Shown piece by piece: positions 11,573 to 24,861 of a stretch of 64,000 nt of DNA (positions are counted from its first letter, which is position 1; each line of letters opens with the position of its first letter). Below the pieces are notes generated by a model. That model searched no databases. It was not told the origin of the DNA and worked only from the letters and a program-made list of their open reading frames with translations. A program made the translations under genes and the position numbers. Source of the DNA: Syncephalis fuscata S228 (Eukaryota; Fungi; Zoopagomycota); assembly GCA_025786725.1 (NCBI GenBank), contig JAHLTZ010000015.1, positions 1 through 64,000 on the forward strand. The letters are read 5' to 3'.

Positions 11573-12957
11573 TTAATCTCTAATGCCATTTTGGCATAAC
11601 ATGTGACTTAGGCACTGGTTTGCTAATCGATCAAGTATCATACTTGTCTTTGATAGCTTTAATGCTTTTACCATTTTATCAGGTAACTGACAATCGGCAG
11701 AAGTATTCGTTAATAGCCAATCCATAATCTCTAGAAGGGGAAGTAAATAATGAGCAGTTTTGGCATCAATTTTATCTAAATCATTTAAAAATGTTTCATT
11801 GCTATCTATTGAAGTTTTTTCCGACAATCTTTGAACTGGCACTTTTGTTTTGTTGATGCCCTTTGCTTTTTCTATATAACTAAGCCAGCGGGTACGTTGT
11901 TTAGTAAAATCGCCATCATTGAGCAAATCATCTGTTATCGTTTCAAATATCATACGGCCAATGTTGAAATTTTCAGCTCGACAATGACGTACTGATGGCA
12001 TATTAAGATATTTAACATTTGTAAAGTCTTTAACTTCCAACATTGTGCCATCTCGTCCGGCTAATAATTGACAATTATCATAGTCGATAATTGTGGCTTC
12101 AATACTAGTTGGACCGTTGCCTGGCCTAATCATAATATCTATTAAATTGTTATTAAAATAGAACTAAGCATTAAATGTAAACCTTACTCTTTGCTCGAAT
12201 ATCATTATGCAATACATTAGCATTACGCAAATAATTAACACCTACACAATAATTAATGTATTAGTTAGCCGGCTATTACAAAATGGCTATTACTATTATT
12301 ATTATTATTATTACTATTTACCTTTTAGTATTTGATAAAATATAGGTCGCAAATAATTCATCTTTTCCACCCAATTCTTTTCTTCCAAAAATTCGTCAAG
12401 ATCAATGTCACCGGCGTAAGTATAGACAAAGCATTGTCCATTATTAACGGGAAATTCGCTTAATGGGTGTTGAACACGATTACGGCCAAATGTTGCATCG
12501 CCTTTTAGTGTCAGATCCGCTTTACGAATAATCTATTATCCATTTAGTATTAATGATCGTCGAATAATAATAATGGTTTGATTGATTGATAAGTAAACAA
12601 GTACCTCAAAAACTACACGTTCATGTTTATTAAACATTGAGTCGTGCATACACTTTAGAATAGCTTCTTGGTTTTTCCATTGAATTTTGGCCAAACTAAG
12701 ACGAATTTTACCATAAATCCATCGCTCTATTACTAGACCACTGGCCTGCAGATTTCTTGATTTGTTGATTTCTTTAATGGCAAATCCATCCTCTCTTACT
12801 ATACCTATTATTAATAATATATATATCAATAACAGTATTGAATAACAATGATATAATTACCGTTGTGATTACCGCCATTAGCATAGCTAGGCAATACTTG
12901 AAACAACACGAGTGTAAAGCACGTCAGATATGGCAACAGTATTCTAAATTGAACCAT
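11573..12957 (-). CDS. Signal-peptide-bearing divergent protein kinase-like protein; 5 exons
   Basis: N-terminus MVQFRILLPYLTCFTLVLFQVLPSYA; AILKC (VAIK-like); HE helix C; IFYQILKGVNYLRNANVLHNDIRAKNIMI (catalytic loop, joined across introns); IIDYD in the DFG position. Confidence 0.75.
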
Positions 12958-13532
12958 AATAAAAGTAATGGTTATAGACGAGTGGCAATAAGTAATTCTA
13001 ATTAATGAGCGACATTAACTTCCATAGTACTTCGGTACTTATATAAACAGTTTAGCAAATTTATTTTCTGAAAATAAAACAAAAGCATGATAGTACCACA
13101 TGGCCAGAGTAATTATAGAAAGATGATACAACGTGACCATCCCAACTTGTTGTCAATTGTAACAGATTACCATTTGCATATCAGTTATACATGTGCAAAA
13201 CTGGATGGTAGATTAAAAGTATACCAAGTTTTACTTGACTATTCCGTCAATACAAGTGTATATTTAACAGCAATTAGAAGATAAATGGCCAATTACTACT
13301 ATTAACATTAATAACACTTATCACTTCATTTCATTTATGCAAATCACTGATTTTATTTGCATACAACTATGTGTGGAGTGGCTCATCAAAATAATCGGCA
13401 ATGGCACCTGTCATCGCACAGCAACAAAAGCCAAATTACGACATAATGCAACAGTCGCTAAAATAAGCAATAGGAAACAAGGGAAATCGAGTTCGAGTAG
13501 AAAGGATTGTGCAAAAACAGCAAAATAAAATT

Positions 13533-14249
13533 TTACTCTTCCTTGTTATCGAGCTCCTCAACGGCGGCAGCAGCTTGGGCCTTGATGTTGTTAAGAGCAC
13601 CATCAATGCTTGACTGGTGGGAGATGAGATATGGAGCCAACACGGTGTGGTAGACAGTCTCAGCACCACGGAAGTTAGGAAGGTATAGCCAGAGAAGAGC
13701 AAAAGTCTTGACCATATAGTAGAATGGAATCCAGTAAAGGATAGTATCAACGAATGACTCAATTACATTGAAGGCACCGAATACAGTCCAGTATGTAAGC
13801 CATTGGGTGTCATCATCCTTGTGGGCAGTTTCAATAGCCTTGAAGGAGGCGTAAGCTAATAGTAATAACAGTATTAATAAACGGTTAATAAATACTAATA
13901 AAACAAAATAAAATTCCCCTCTCTATCACATGCCCCTTTTGGGTCAACCACATCATCATCACCATCATCATCATCGCTAGTGTCAATTCACTCTAATACA
14001 CAGTAGACACTACAGCAACAACAACACTCTTTAATAATGCAACGCTTTCTTACCTGGATAGCCAAAACCAAGTAGGTTGGTCAACAAGCCACCGGCAATG
14101 TTGAAGAAAATAAGCACAAAGGCAACACCGGCAACACCACCGACCAAGTAGGTCTTCTTCACGCCAGTCTGCTCCTGCAACTGCACCAATTGAGGGATCT
14201 TGGAGAGCTCGACATCAAGCTGAGCTTCGTATTCAAAAACCTTTTCCAT
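13533..14249 (-). CDS. YOP1: Yop1/DP1/REEP5 ER-shaping protein; 2 exons
   Basis: [36 protein letters not shown]...WIPFYYMVKTFALLWLYLPNFRGA. Confidence 0.95.
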
Positions 14250-15236
14250 GTTGGTAATAAAGAAACAGTAAGGGTCGTGGACCAAGGGACAATGCGTACA
14301 ATGAACAAAAGCTGCAAGTAATCAGCAAACGGAAGAAGGAAGAACGAGAGAAGGAAGAAGCGTTACGCAACCGCCCATCAGTGCCCTTTTTGTTTCTATC
14401 CTGACTCGTGAGTCCTTCCTTGCTCTCATTTTAGCCACTCAGCAACTGCCACACTGCATTAAAGGTTTTAGTTACTAGTCTTTGTTATCTATGCTTGTTT
14501 TATCTCCAACAGACCCATAGAAGGCGATGGAATGACAGGTCGGTCAACACACCTACTAATTTCTATCTATACTATTTTTCTTGCATTCCTTCCTTCTAAT
14601 GGCGCTAACTATGACTGCTACGCGCAAGTAAATAGAAAATAGCTGCCACACAAGGGTGCCACCCATGTTTCTAGAAAATATTGACGTAGAATTAATGATG
14701 AGAACTAATTGGCTAAGACTGTACTGCATCACATGGACATACTCTTTCTAGAACATAGGTCATGGCGGCCATCACGTGAAAATAAAGAGAAATTATTATG
14801 AATATGAGGGGTTTGTGTATTATGGCAGAATTATACTTTAACTCTCACATTTTGAGTCCACAAAGCAAAATTCATTTTAATTGAAGTCATGTCTTTGTTA
14901 TACGCCACATAATTATATTGTTTTCTATTAAAATATTGTTAATAACTGATTTAAATAAACAATGTAACATATTATTTGATTTTTTTGAAACATTTGAGGC
15001 TGATAATTGTTGTTGTTGGCCATGTGTAGAAAGATTGGTCGAATATTAATAAAAGCCATTGATCGCGATTCCATGTCATTCTACATTTGTTGCTGTTACA
15101 TCTATTTACAACATGGATTATTGCATCTGAATGATTTCTTCTACTTTCTAATATTCTACTATTGCATTTTGGGCATATTTGTGATGTAAGATTAGATTAA
15201 TATAATTATTATAAAATTGTTTATTAAATAGATATT

Positions 15237-15318
15237 TTCCCTATAGCCAATCTGACTAAATAAATGGCATTTGAACAATTAATATCATAATGCCAATGTA
15301 TATATTAAAGCAATAATA
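15237..15318. repeat. ~82-bp dispersed repeat, copy 1 (copy 2 at 58541-58624)
   Basis: TTCCCTATAGCCAATCTGACTAAATAAATGGCATTT...AAAGCAATAATA recurs in the same orientation with few differences. Confidence 0.85.
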
Positions 15319-15582
15319 AAAATAACTAATTAATTACATTATTGTACTGATAATTACACATAAATTAATAAATGTTGGATGCAATATTATACATGTTATA
15401 TTGATGGATGAGTGTTTAATTGTATTTAAAAGTGCAAGGGATGAAATGAGTAATAAAAAATGTAAAAGTCAAGGCACAATAACTCCTGATTTATAAATAT
15501 AAATAAATAAATAATAATAATAATACTAGCAATAATTTTAGTAGCAATAACGCTAGCGTTAATACTAATACTAATACTAATA

Positions 15583-17809
15583 CTAGGCTTGTCGAATAAT
15601 TCGTCGCTTTTCTCTAGTATTAGTACTGGTATTTGTATTATTTGTAATGGTGTTGGATGATGTAGTTTCTGTAAAAGTACTAGATGTAGATGTGGCAGAT
15701 TTAGAAAAAGAAAATAAATTAACAAATAGTGTAATCAAACAAATCCAAAATAGACCAGCCAAGAATTGGTATACATGTTTGATAGCAATGGGTCCTATTC
15801 GCTGATGTAAGCGTAATAAGGCATCAAGTAATCTATTTGCTGTAACTTGATCTTTATCGAGTGGAATCGTTGATTTAATATCAAAAATGACCTGATCATT
15901 TAATGATAGCGCTATTGTTGCCGTTGCCGTTGTCGTATTTAATCCATGCCATGTATCAATTAATCGTTGTCGCTTTGGATCCACTAGTGTATTGATATAG
16001 GCACGAGCAATAAGCGTTTGTGTATCGTAGAGCTGTCGTAGTAGATGGCAGCGACCACCATGTCGTACAAGCCATCCAGCGACTGCGCCACTGCCTGTGT
16101 ACTGTTGGGCAAGTGCGTCATTATTATTGGCCCATAATGAACGCATAGCACGAGATATATCGACATTATCTACACTACGCTCTACAGCTGTCAACATTTG
16201 TGGTAACATAAGCATAGCAACACGGAATTGCACTAAACCAGTACGATCTAAACAGTCCATACAATTAACACGTAAACATCCCTGCTGTTTACGTAAAATG
16301 TGGGGTACAGTATTTACTGATTCATTAGACGATTTGTTTAATTGCGTTGTATCCATTACAGTAAATCCACTGCGACTAGCATAGCTATAAGCACTGGCTG
16401 CAGCATCATATAGACTACCCGATCGTCGAAGTACGGGTGTGGACAAATAGGCTACATTTGGCATATCGGCATAGTGCACCATAAGACGGAAAGCGTTAGA
16501 TAATAATGCTTCTGTACAATCATGGTCACGTATCAAATTGGCAAATGTTACCGATGGACCATGGCGTGCCTGGATCCATTTTACATGTTGACGGAATGCT
16601 TCAAATGCTTCATTCGAGAAAGCCGTAGGTATTGTAGTAGTAGATGGACTAGAAGCAGTTACTGTATCGACTACATCTAATCTTTGGACTGGTGTTGTTG
16701 TTGCCGTTGTTGTCATACTTTGTTCATGCATTGCTTTATCATGACTTGACGGTGGAGATGAACTGGGCAATGTATTTAATAATTTAGCTCTTGGATGACG
16801 TCGAATATCAGTCATTGGTTGTTGCCATTGTAATGGAATACTGCCACGTAGCACGGACCAGCCTGCTGCGTGGCTCGGTGTCGATACAATCATTTCTGTT
16901 TCAACAGTAATGGCTGTGGCACCTGTATGATCAGCACCACGTTGTAGAAATCGTGTACCGGCTCGATGTCTTGACATACGTGATATCACTGTTAATTCAG
17001 TATCATGTAATAGCTGCTTTTGTCCAACAAATCCCCGAATCACTTGTAATTGAAGTGAAGGGTCAAGTTTACCACCTGACATAGCGGATAACATTTGTAG
17101 TAAAAAAGTATTCCACAAGAAATCGTTATTATTATATAAATGTTTTCTATAATGGTATTCATCATAATCCATCCATCATTACCAAAAGGCTCTAATAACT
17201 CTTGGGTATATGTAAAATAAAGAGAACCTGAATGAATTTCCGTTAATGCAGCCATAGCCATTTTAGATGTATAATCTAAAATTAGAAAAGTCTATTATTG
17301 TTTAATTAGTCACATAAATATTAAAATGACATTTCAATGCTAATATTCATGCAACTCACCTGCTTATCGTCCAATTGAATACAGCAACCATCAATAATAC
17401 GATAGATTGATTGACCAGTTACAGTAGCGCCACACTGTGCCACTTTAGTCACTACTACAAATCTTGTTGTTGTTGTTGTTGTTAATGCAGTAGTTGCAGT
17501 GGTTGACCGGTTATCAGTACTGCAGCTAGCTGTGTCAAATGCACCCAGTAGGCCAACAATACCCTTGATGCATCTAAGCCCTTGTACACCGTTGGAAATA
17601 AGCGTGTCTACATCTAGTACAACATAGACGTTATGTTAGTAAACAAATACACCTGTCAACATGTCTATGCCTAGTTACTTACCTTTCGGCAATATTGATT
17701 GCCAACCGTCACTAGATGACCATAGCCAAGACGAATGACCGGCGTAATCATTTAAAAGTAGTAGGCGAGTGCCTGCAAGTGCAACTGCAGTATAAGTAGT
17801 TGTATCCAT
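15583..17809 (-). CDS. Sac-domain phosphoinositide phosphatase with C-terminal hydrophobic segment; multi-exon, apparent frameshift near 17175
   Basis: FLWN, ISRMSRHRAGTRFLQRGAD, VETE, RGSIPLQWQQ, catalytic CX5R RVNCMDCLDRT, LWANNNDALAQQYTGS. Confidence 0.88.
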
Positions 17810-18897
17810 GAGATAATTGTAGTATGCAACGTTATAGAAAAAAAGTCAATGCCAATTCAATAGTGTAATTCTCAAAGAATAGAATGCAAAAATGTATAAA
17901 AAGAAAGGCCCAATTGGGGAATAGTTGTTGATTTAAAAAAGAAAGAACCACATGAGAGAACGCGGTCACACATTCAAGCATCAATTGTACTCAGCTAACC
18001 AGTTAGCTGGTTGACAGCGATACAAACAATAGCAAAAGGCAAGTAAAGGTCCAAGAATAGTAGATGTGGTAGTAACAGTGAGTTCGTTGCTTGAATCCCT
18101 TAACATCAGCTTGTAATTCATTGGTCTCTATTTATATGAGTTAGTGGTTGAGTTATTATTAGTGGTAGAAATGGAAATGATAACAACTACCAATTTAGTA
18201 GTGTGTTTCGTATACACCGTTACACTTGACGTAGCTTATCCCTTTATCCATAGAGAATACACATCAAATACTGTTAGATGGAGGGTGACTCCTGTTACCT
18301 GGTAGTAGATACTCTAATACTGATTATTGTTAATGTATTAATTAAATAACATATTATGAGTGTTGATATTGACTATTTATTAGATAATTCATCATACGCC
18401 ATTTATTATCCCTTGTAATCAATCTAACACGGAAATCGAATAGATGCCAAGAAACGATTCTAATAATCCTGGTGTTGGGGATTTACGGATTTGCATAAAG
18501 GTAGTGTGTTTGATAAGCGTAGCTATAAGGAGTTATTGTGTATCATATTGATTTGTAAGATGAGCGATCAATAATATAATTACAAGTTAAAACTATTATA
18601 GCGGTTTATTTTGTATGTCACAGTGTATCATATAAGTTGGCTTGTAGGTAGAAAAGGCAACAATGTAAACTTTACTACTGTCTATAGAAGACATGTCATA
18701 TAAAATAATAGCTTATTATTATAAAAAGATACGAGCACAATGTAATAAGAGATAACCTTGGACGTAGTAATTTGCAACTTTTATTCCTTTGTAAATAAAG
18801 GATATTGGCTATTTTGTATGATGAATTATTTTGTTGTACGTCTTTCTATTCTAATTTGACCTTTACTATTATTTCTACTACTACTTTTACTTCTATT

Positions 18898-21800
18898 ATG
18901 GAATCTACTACTAATAAAGACTCAGTAATAGAGGTTGAATGCGACAATGACCATGATTCATATTCATTTCATACGGGACAGCCATTTGATACGACACTGC
19001 CACAACTATCGTTACTTGGTGGTAATGAAGATCAATATGCTCGTCGCAAGGCGTATATAGATATGAAGAGCCAGCATTCTTTCGTTATTCCGCGTCTATC
19101 CCATCGTCCTATTGATATGTTAGTGCCATTGAATGGTACACGTCATATGCTCAAAGGTGGTAATAACCGCCAATATCCACCTATTAGCACAGAGCCAATA
19201 TCATTAATACCATCTATTGCACCATCTATTGCACCATCAATTGACACGAGTCGTGACCATAACAAAAGGACTATTTTGCGTGATTTAACACAAGAAGAAG
19301 AAAGCGACACGTTATGGGATACAGTAAGACATCAGCCGGATCAATCTATTAAAGTAGGATTATAACAATAATATTATAGACTAGCAACTAATATATAGAA
19401 TATATTATATTACATTATAATTACAGAATACATCATTATCCTGGGATACTAATACTTCAACTCATAATTTAACATCTCCATATTTAACAGAACTGGGTTC
19501 ATCAGGATTTGAAGCACTCTATTCATGGTAAGTTATTAAACGTGTATTTATCCTTACTAATATGAGATAATAGGCAGTTTAAAGACGTGTATTCAAATGA
19601 TGCTCAGCATATTAGTACTATCGATACGTCTATATTAACCGAGGTAAATGAGTATCTATAATACAAATAGATAGATACTAATAATATACGGTATTCAGTG
19701 TTTATTCAGTTTATTACAAGGAGTGGATTCCAAATTATTTGCATGGGATAAGAAATTACGTATATTCAAATCAAACGCCCGTAATTTACGTATTATTGGA
19801 TGTGGATCGACTGGTTTATGGGGGTAAGTAAATCATTTTGTATAATACGATATTTAACACAATAAACAGTTCACTTGATCAAATGTTACGATTTGGCACT
19901 GCTCTTTGTCGATTAGATTGTGTGGTTGAAACATGCCGTGATAATTTAGGGCAAGTAATGATTAATTGCTAGCTATTATCTTAATGACTAGTATAACTAA
20001 TACTTGTTATAGAGTATATGGCATGACATGTATGGCATTTGTTACAGCACTCGATGAATATTTATCATTTGTTAAAGAGACTATATCAGAACATATTAAG
20101 AAAAGACTAGATCAGGATGGTAGGTCATCTTTTGATCAGTCAACAACACCGCCAACGCATCTAGTATTCATTGAGCATGCTATTAAGCCTACCTATAATA
20201 TACTAGAGCGACTCTGTCGCTTATGCGGCTATGTAAGTAGAAATAAGCTATTCAAACAATTCTATTAATTAACATACCATTATTTATAGTCTTCAGAGGC
20301 AGATCCACAATTTACATTTTTACGTGGCAGTGCTCTTTTAAGTCATATTTATACAGCAATATTAGATGAAGACTTTACACGTACTCCTATCTACTTTGAA
20401 CTATTGCTTGTATTAATGGATGCGGCATGTAGGCCATTATTTGAATGGTTAGGTTGTTGGTTAGGTGCACAAACCGGTGAAATGGTCGATGCTTTTAGGT
20501 GGATTGGTGATCCGTGGCAGCCACATGATCCATATCATGAATTCTTTCTTGTTAATACGAATCAGAATGAACACCACTCGGTAGATACAGCACAAGGATC
20601 TTTATTACTACCGAAACAGCAACGGTCTTTTGTTTCTACTGGCGATACATTCTGGCAGAAAGGATATCAATTATCAGATAACGTAGAGGCACCTAATTTC
20701 TTATCGAAATCACTTGTTGACAATCTATTGGCTACGGGCAAATGTCTACGATTACTAAGAGATTGTCGACCTGATCATTCAGTATTTAATATTATGGAAG
20801 AATCCAGTGTAGCCTTGACTGATCGATGGTCATTTCTACCTTATGTAGATATTGGTAAAGTATTTACAAGCAAAAATCCAGCACCAAGCGTATTCCCTTC
20901 TGCCTCCACCATGGGATTTGATCAATTTGAAGCATTTCTATCTGGATCATCTACTTCTCTGCATCAGCCCCACAAAGCATCCAATAATCCAGTAATAACT
21001 ATAGCTAATCGCATTAGTTACTGGATGTCTAATAGTAAAATGGATCTGGATCTATCACGACAACAATTGCAATCAACACCCGTGTCTATTGTGATTGAAA
21101 CGACACTTTGCAAGCAATTACGTCACCGATGCCGTGTCATTGATCTGGCTGTATTACGGCTATTTCTATGTGATTTGAAATTAGTGGATCACCTTGATTT
21201 ACTATATCGATTTGTATTATTACACGATGGATTCTACGTACAAACATTAGCAACAGCGCTATTTGATGACACGAACAAAAGTGGTATTCGATTGAATACA
21301 CGGCCATCATGGCCACCCAAGGTGTATGAATTAAGCACAGCATTACGCGCTGTACTATTGACCTCAGTTGTTAGTAAATCCAATGTTCCTGATGGCATTG
21401 ACGATTGGTTATCATTCGGTATTAAAGAATACGAAAGTGCAGCAGATATCTGTTGTGATCCTAATGGTAAGTTAGGTGGTATTAATAATGTAACAGCATT
21501 AATAACATCTATGTCAATTAGATATTGCGGCATTGGATTTTCTTTATATTGCCTATCATCCCCGACACCGCTTAATATTATTCTAACGGACAGTTGTATG
21601 GAAAAGTATAATCGACTATTTTGCCATTTACTACGCTTAAATCGAATGAGTATGTTAATGGCCGATATTTATCGATTGTGTCACAATGCAACCACTATAT
21701 CAAATGATGTTGAAGTACAACTGGCGCCACTTCGTTTTCAAATGCTACACTTTATTGAAGCACTGCGAGCATATACGTTTGAATGTGCTTTAGCCGAACC

Positions 21801-22374
21801 ATGGCTACGATTAACACGTACATTAGAGCAAGTTGTAAAGATATTGGATGCATCATCTTCATCCAACTTGCATACACCACTTCATCGTAATTCTAACGAC
21901 AATACAACATCTGAAGAGGATGAACAACGGCGTGAAATGGATAGAGCATTACAAGGCATTACTAATCTGGCCGAATTACGTGAATTCCATGAACATACCC
22001 TTGATCGTATGTTAGATCGTTGTTTATTACGACAAGAACATGCTATACTACACAAAATCATTGAGGCCATCTTTGGTCTTGTCATACGACTTGGCCGTAT
22101 ACTTCGAAATGGTCGAGGCATATCGGTCCGTACGGCAAAGGAGCTGGGCCAACGACTATCCAGTTATATCAAAAAGCTACTGCAAGGATTAGTGGCGCTT
22201 GAACGGGAACGTGGTGTACGTGTTTCACGGCGTATGCGTACAGCAGCCATTCATACCACGAGCTGGCGTGCTGAACTCCATCAACAAGAGGAGCGCGAAG
22301 GTCTCAGCTATCTTAACAGTCTAGTAACCCGTATAGATCTCAATGGCTACTATGCTACCGTCAATTTACATTAG
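18898..22374 (+). CDS. Gamma-tubulin complex component (Spc97/Spc98 family, GCP6-like); multi-exon, apparent frameshift near 21562
   Basis: RGSALLSHIY, PLFEWLGCW, DPYHEFF, LATGKCLRLL, LVDHLDLLYRFVLLHDG, SWPPKVYEL, PLNIILT...KYNRLFCHLLRL, LREFHEHTLDRMLDRCLL. The GCP6 subtype is inferred. Confidence 0.85.
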
Positions 22375-22465
22375 TTAAAGCATAATACCCTTAGCTATTT
22401 ACACCATTTGTATACGTTGATGTAATAATAAATAAAATATGAATACTATGTAAAATCTGTGTTTA

Positions 22466-22903
22466 TTATTTTCCAGTTACATTCTGTGCTTCTCTACGTG
22501 TTGCATCTTGTAATAAAGCAGTATCTACGGCAGCAGCTGGTAAATGTACATAACGTACAACTGAACCACGAATAAAGCAATTTTTTACGGAAATCTATTA
22601 TTTATCGTTATTTATATATGTCGCTTTATCTTCACTTTATGTTTCCTCTCTATTCTACTTACCAAGTGCGGGTGGCGTACTTTATCCATCACGTTAATGT
22701 TGTCCAATTTAATATTGAGAAACTGATCAACCGAGACTAGTTTGCCACGAATGGCCAATTCATTCTTCAATTCCACCGTTACCTCCTGTCCCACTAGCGT
22801 TTTAAAGAAAGAATAGAAAAGCTAATGGTTATGTATATATATAAAAACACAATTAAACAGTTATAATAATAGCCAATGGTATACGTGTCATTATATTTAC
22901 CAT
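22466..22903 (-). CDS. LSM2: U6 snRNA-associated Sm-like protein Lsm2; 3 exons, first coding exon is ATG only
   Basis: M|LFYSFFKTLVGQEVTVELKNELAIRGKLVSVDQFLNIKL...HPHL|ISVKNCFIRGSVVRYVHLP...LLQDATRREA. Confidence 0.96.
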
Positions 22904-23131
22904 AGTGACGAATTCACAAAGCGATCAATAATAGAAAGTAAAAGGGAATAAGAGTGGAGGAATAAAAGTAAAGAGTAAATTGATACTTGTCTAATGACAA
23001 TAATACCTCAACTATCTATAATGGATTGATTAGTTAGTTAGTTAGTTAATGGTTGGTTATAGATGATATACACGTGACCCTTCTTTTCTTTAACCATAGT
23101 AATACCCACGGTAAAAGTACGATTTGAATCA

Positions 23132-24701
23132 ATGAGCGATACTGTATTAGAATCACCAAGAGTAAAAACGTTGGAACTCGTATTATCCGAAGCAGAGACG
23201 CGTGAACTAGAAACAGGTGTGGTTAATAGGTTATTGCTGTTAGTCTATGGCGTATTTATCAAAAGTTTAATATAGTCGACGTCTATGTAACTCAAGTGGA
23301 TCCAAAGGCAGTGTCCACTGTATTAAGGTAGATGGGCTCATCTATCAGTACTAATTATTGGTTTATTTATAATAGATTTAATGTGATATCAGATTTGCCG
23401 AGAAACAATTACCGCCGTGCACGCAACTAAACCATTTAAAACGGATTAGACGCGAGTGGCCAGATCCACAACGAAAAGGTAATAATAAAAGCAATATTTA
23501 TATAACTATATACCAAATAATAGCAATTCTAATAATATGTAATTTTAAAAGATCAATTTGTTTTAACAATATTACTTTGTCCTGTACAAGAAATTAAAGA
23601 CACAGCACCTTTAACATTAACCGAATTGCAAACGCGTATCGATACGGCGGAATTATCTTCACTGATTAATCCTACAGTGGCCGCAGTACCACGACATGCT
23701 CCATTGACACGTACACAATTTGATACATGGCGTGTTCATTGGCCAATGAACTTCCGAGAACATGTAGAACGGTAATGTGAATAAGTAAATAATAAACATA
23801 AATAGCTAACACCAGTGTATCTCGTAATTGCTTGATTTATAAAGAACAAATTTGCCCAGTGGTGATGAGTTGAAAAAGCATGAGGATTGGATGCGACATA
23901 CCATTCAATTGGCCAAAGAGTATTCAAGCACTATTACGAATACTACGTCAACTATAACTAGAACTAGTCAGACGGTAAATAATAGCTTATTATATCTATA
24001 TTCAACTTATTTTATTAATATTATTATATTGATTTGTATAGTGTATAGCAACACCAACAGCCATTGTTGTTAATCCAACAACTCAACAAATTATGGCTGT
24101 TGGTTATGATACACGAGTCATTGATCAACATCCACTACATCATGCAATTATGAATTGTATTGAAGCAGTAGCGGCCAATGAACGTGATAAAACAACTAGT
24201 AATAACGACAATAATAACGATAATAATAATAATAATAATAATAATAGTAGTAGTAGTAGTAGTAGTAGCAATGACCAAGAAATAGAAACGGTATTGAATA
24301 ATACTAAACAATTAGCACGAAAACGTTCAATCGATTCCGTCATTGGCGATGTATCAAATAGTGGTAAAGGAGCCTATTTATGTAATAATTACGATCTATA
24401 TACGATCCATGAACCATGTACAATGTAATTAACAAAACATTTTAACACCACTAACATTATTAACTAATTGTTACTTTCTATTAGGTGTGCCATGGCATTA
24501 TTACATTCACGTATTGGCCGTGTATTTTATGCACTACCTTGCAATACTGCCTCTAATACAACTGATAGTATTAATAATGGTGGTGGTGGTGCGTTAGGTT
24601 CTCGCTATAGAATTCATACACATCCAAAGTTAAATCACAAGTTTCGAGTATATCGTCATTTACTTTATGATGAAGCATTATCTATCACTGAACCCATTTA
24701 A
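23132..24701 (+). CDS. TAD3: tRNA adenosine-34 deaminase non-catalytic subunit Tad3/ADAT3; multi-exon
   Basis: LNHLKRIR, HWPMNF, HPLHHAIMNCI (catalytic Glu absent), [40 protein letters not shown]. Confidence 0.92.
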
Positions 24702-24861
24702 ATAAAATAAAAAATATAACTAATTCTACGAACTGTTTAATAATATAAATAATAGACCAAGGAATGTAAAGAGAAATTACACAAGCAAGCAAGATTTATC
24801 AAAGGGGTGTAGATAGCAAAACTCAAAAGTAAAAAGACGTGTCATTTAAGTAGTTATGCAT

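Noticed and set aside
18171-18305. Short ORF MEMITTTNLVV... between the Sac phosphatase and GCP genes
   Set aside because: About 44 codons, no motif and no convincing continuation.
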